DNA of 61,995 nucleotides, the filler included, from Nemertoderma westbladi (lineage: Eukaryota > Animalia > Xenacoelomorpha), in NCBI GenBank assembly GCA_032718475.1. It is 3 parts of 3 records of this genome, joined end to end, with 100 filler letters (N's around TTAATTAATTAA, not from the genome) between each part and the next. Parts side by side here need not be neighbours in the genome. Positions count along the whole stretch, not along the records: positions 47,171 to 61,995 come from JAUCBJ010005703.1; 2 more parts are not named here. One strand, given 5' to 3'. Of the stretch, positions 60,233 through 61,995 are shown in pieces. A program made the translations under genes and the position numbers. The notes under the pieces are model-generated. The model was not told the DNA's origin. It saw nothing but the letters and a program-made list of their open reading frames with translations, and did not search any database. Each line of letters opens with the position of its first letter. The first letter of the stretch is position 1.

Positions 60233-61995
60233 GAAGTATGTTACTTCGTCAAATTCCGATCCCACTTGATTTTGTATACTTACGACATATACTAAGGTAC
60301 TGTAGGTTGCTTATATATCTACATACAATACACACAGACATACTCCGCTCATACATACATCGCTCGTCATGGTTTAACATAGAATAGCTGAATAGACTAC
60401 GTTAATTTACGCTATGCTACCCTAGTACTTACAGTACTGCTGTACTGTTACATTGCATTCATCTTCCCGTCGACCAGTGTAAAAGCTTTTGTGGGATAAC
60501 TGATACGTTTGCCTTTGTACAGTCCCAATCCCAATAAACATTAACTTGGTCGTTTTGGCGGCCAAAATGACCAAAATCGCCAAAAAAATGTAGTGTATTC
60601 CTATGGGCTACTTGGTCGTTTTGGCGAAGCGATTTAACTCGACTCAGTCAAGTCCAGACAGCCCGTCTCCTTGGACATCCACTTGGTTGCTCTGACTAAA
60701 TGTCGGCTCGCTTTCATTTTTATTATTGACAGATTGTTAACTTACCTGGAGCTGAGTCGGGCCTTTCAGTTGTAGTAGAGACCACCCACTGAGGCATTGA
60801 TACAGCACAGGCTAATACGTAATAAGGGAGTTAGTTGAATGCGGCTTTGTTAAAAGGAGGACTGGAGGAGTATGTATAATAATCGGATTTTGTGTGTTAT
60901 TATTAGATAATCACTTCTCACCTTTTCCTTTGTGTAGCTTCAGTTTAGAGTCATTATGAAATGGCAACGTGTTCTGTATGAAGGCGTCCTAATTATAGTT
61001 TTATAGTTAGAAGCTGGGTCTGTGACAGGGCGAGAGGTAGCTATTAAATAGCGACACTCAGTCTCGAACGAGTTCGGTATACTGATGAAATTCAGATTAA
61101 GCGGCGCGGCCTATTTCTAGTAGCTGGGTCTGAATTCGAGGGCGATAGTAACTGAAAACATTATAATATCAGGCTCTGTGCTAACAGTCAACAGAGTCGG
61201 CATATTTGGGTGAATTTATGATGATGTAATTATTATTTATCGAGACAGGGGGGGGGGGGGGGGGGGGGGGGACTGGACGCAAAAACTCGCCTTGGCGAAT
61301 TAATATCCCGCCTCAATGTTAAATTGTTAGGTTATAGGGAGCAGGTTATAGTGGCACGTTATTTTAACCATAACAATTAATTAAACATAAATGAACATTA
61401 CAGTTTTATGTTTGAGAGTAATCATCTGTTATTTGCGTCAAGTCCCCCCCCCCCCCCCCCCCCCCCCCCTAACTGTATTTATGAGAGCATTTATATTACA
61501 GCGTACTAAACAGCTAAATAAAGAAAAATCTATGTAAAGTTCTTTTCTCATATTTTAAAGAATTTTTACAAATTAAATATATGAACTTGTTATTTTTATT
61601 ACCAATTGAATAGAATTAAAGTAAATAATTAATTATTACGCTGCAAGTGGTAGCACACTGCTTATAACCTAAGTGACAGGTAAAGGTGTGTTAATTATTA
61701 GATTAGTAAAAAATATGTAGAAAATAATAAGTTAGGGCGCCTCACACTGCACTCTTACAGGCATGTTTACTACAGTGGCGAGCCCAGCCGTTACTACACT
61801 GGAGCCTTTCTCTCTACCTAAAGGTAGAGAGAACTCTACCTCAGAACTCTACCTCAGCGCCAACATGCTGGGCTTTACTTACACTCAGCCTGTATTCACT
61901 GGCTGTGATTGACAAGCCAACGTGCCTCAGCAGTTCCTTTCATGAATACCGCAGTTTTTACTTGGCCATTTTGGTAATTTTGGCCGCCAAAATGA

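Noticed and set aside
60746-60811. Possible small minus-strand exon (donor gtaag at 60741-60745)
   Set aside because: Peptide not recognisable and no partner exons found.

Overview
Repeat-rich eukaryotic DNA, probably from an invertebrate animal, with two 100-bp scaffold gaps. The first ~22 kb appears to lie inside one very large intron of the splicing factor gene SF3B3, whose last two exons are at 22313-22417 and 23395-23535. That stretch holds a 26-bp minisatellite and a 34-bp satellite (~140 units) interrupted by four non-LTR retrotransposon insertions. One is a 5'-truncated CRE-type element with a restriction-like endonuclease. The other three are diverged members of one APE-RT LINE lineage. 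The standout is that lineage's ORF1: SAP domain, low-complexity linker, PIP-box-like motif, SIM-like motifs, a Ulp1/SENP (C48) cysteine protease with a complete His-Asp-Cys triad, coiled coil and RRM-like end. This suggests a LINE carrying its own chromatin-tethered deSUMOylase, possibly targeting a satellite. The rest of the window has RTE LINEs, a decayed BEL/Pao LTR element, tRNA-derived SINEs, a hAT-type MITE, several minisatellites, an intronless RMI1, a two-exon DUF4787-like gene and an orphan Cys-rich exon. All domain calls are by-eye motif recognition; no searches were run.
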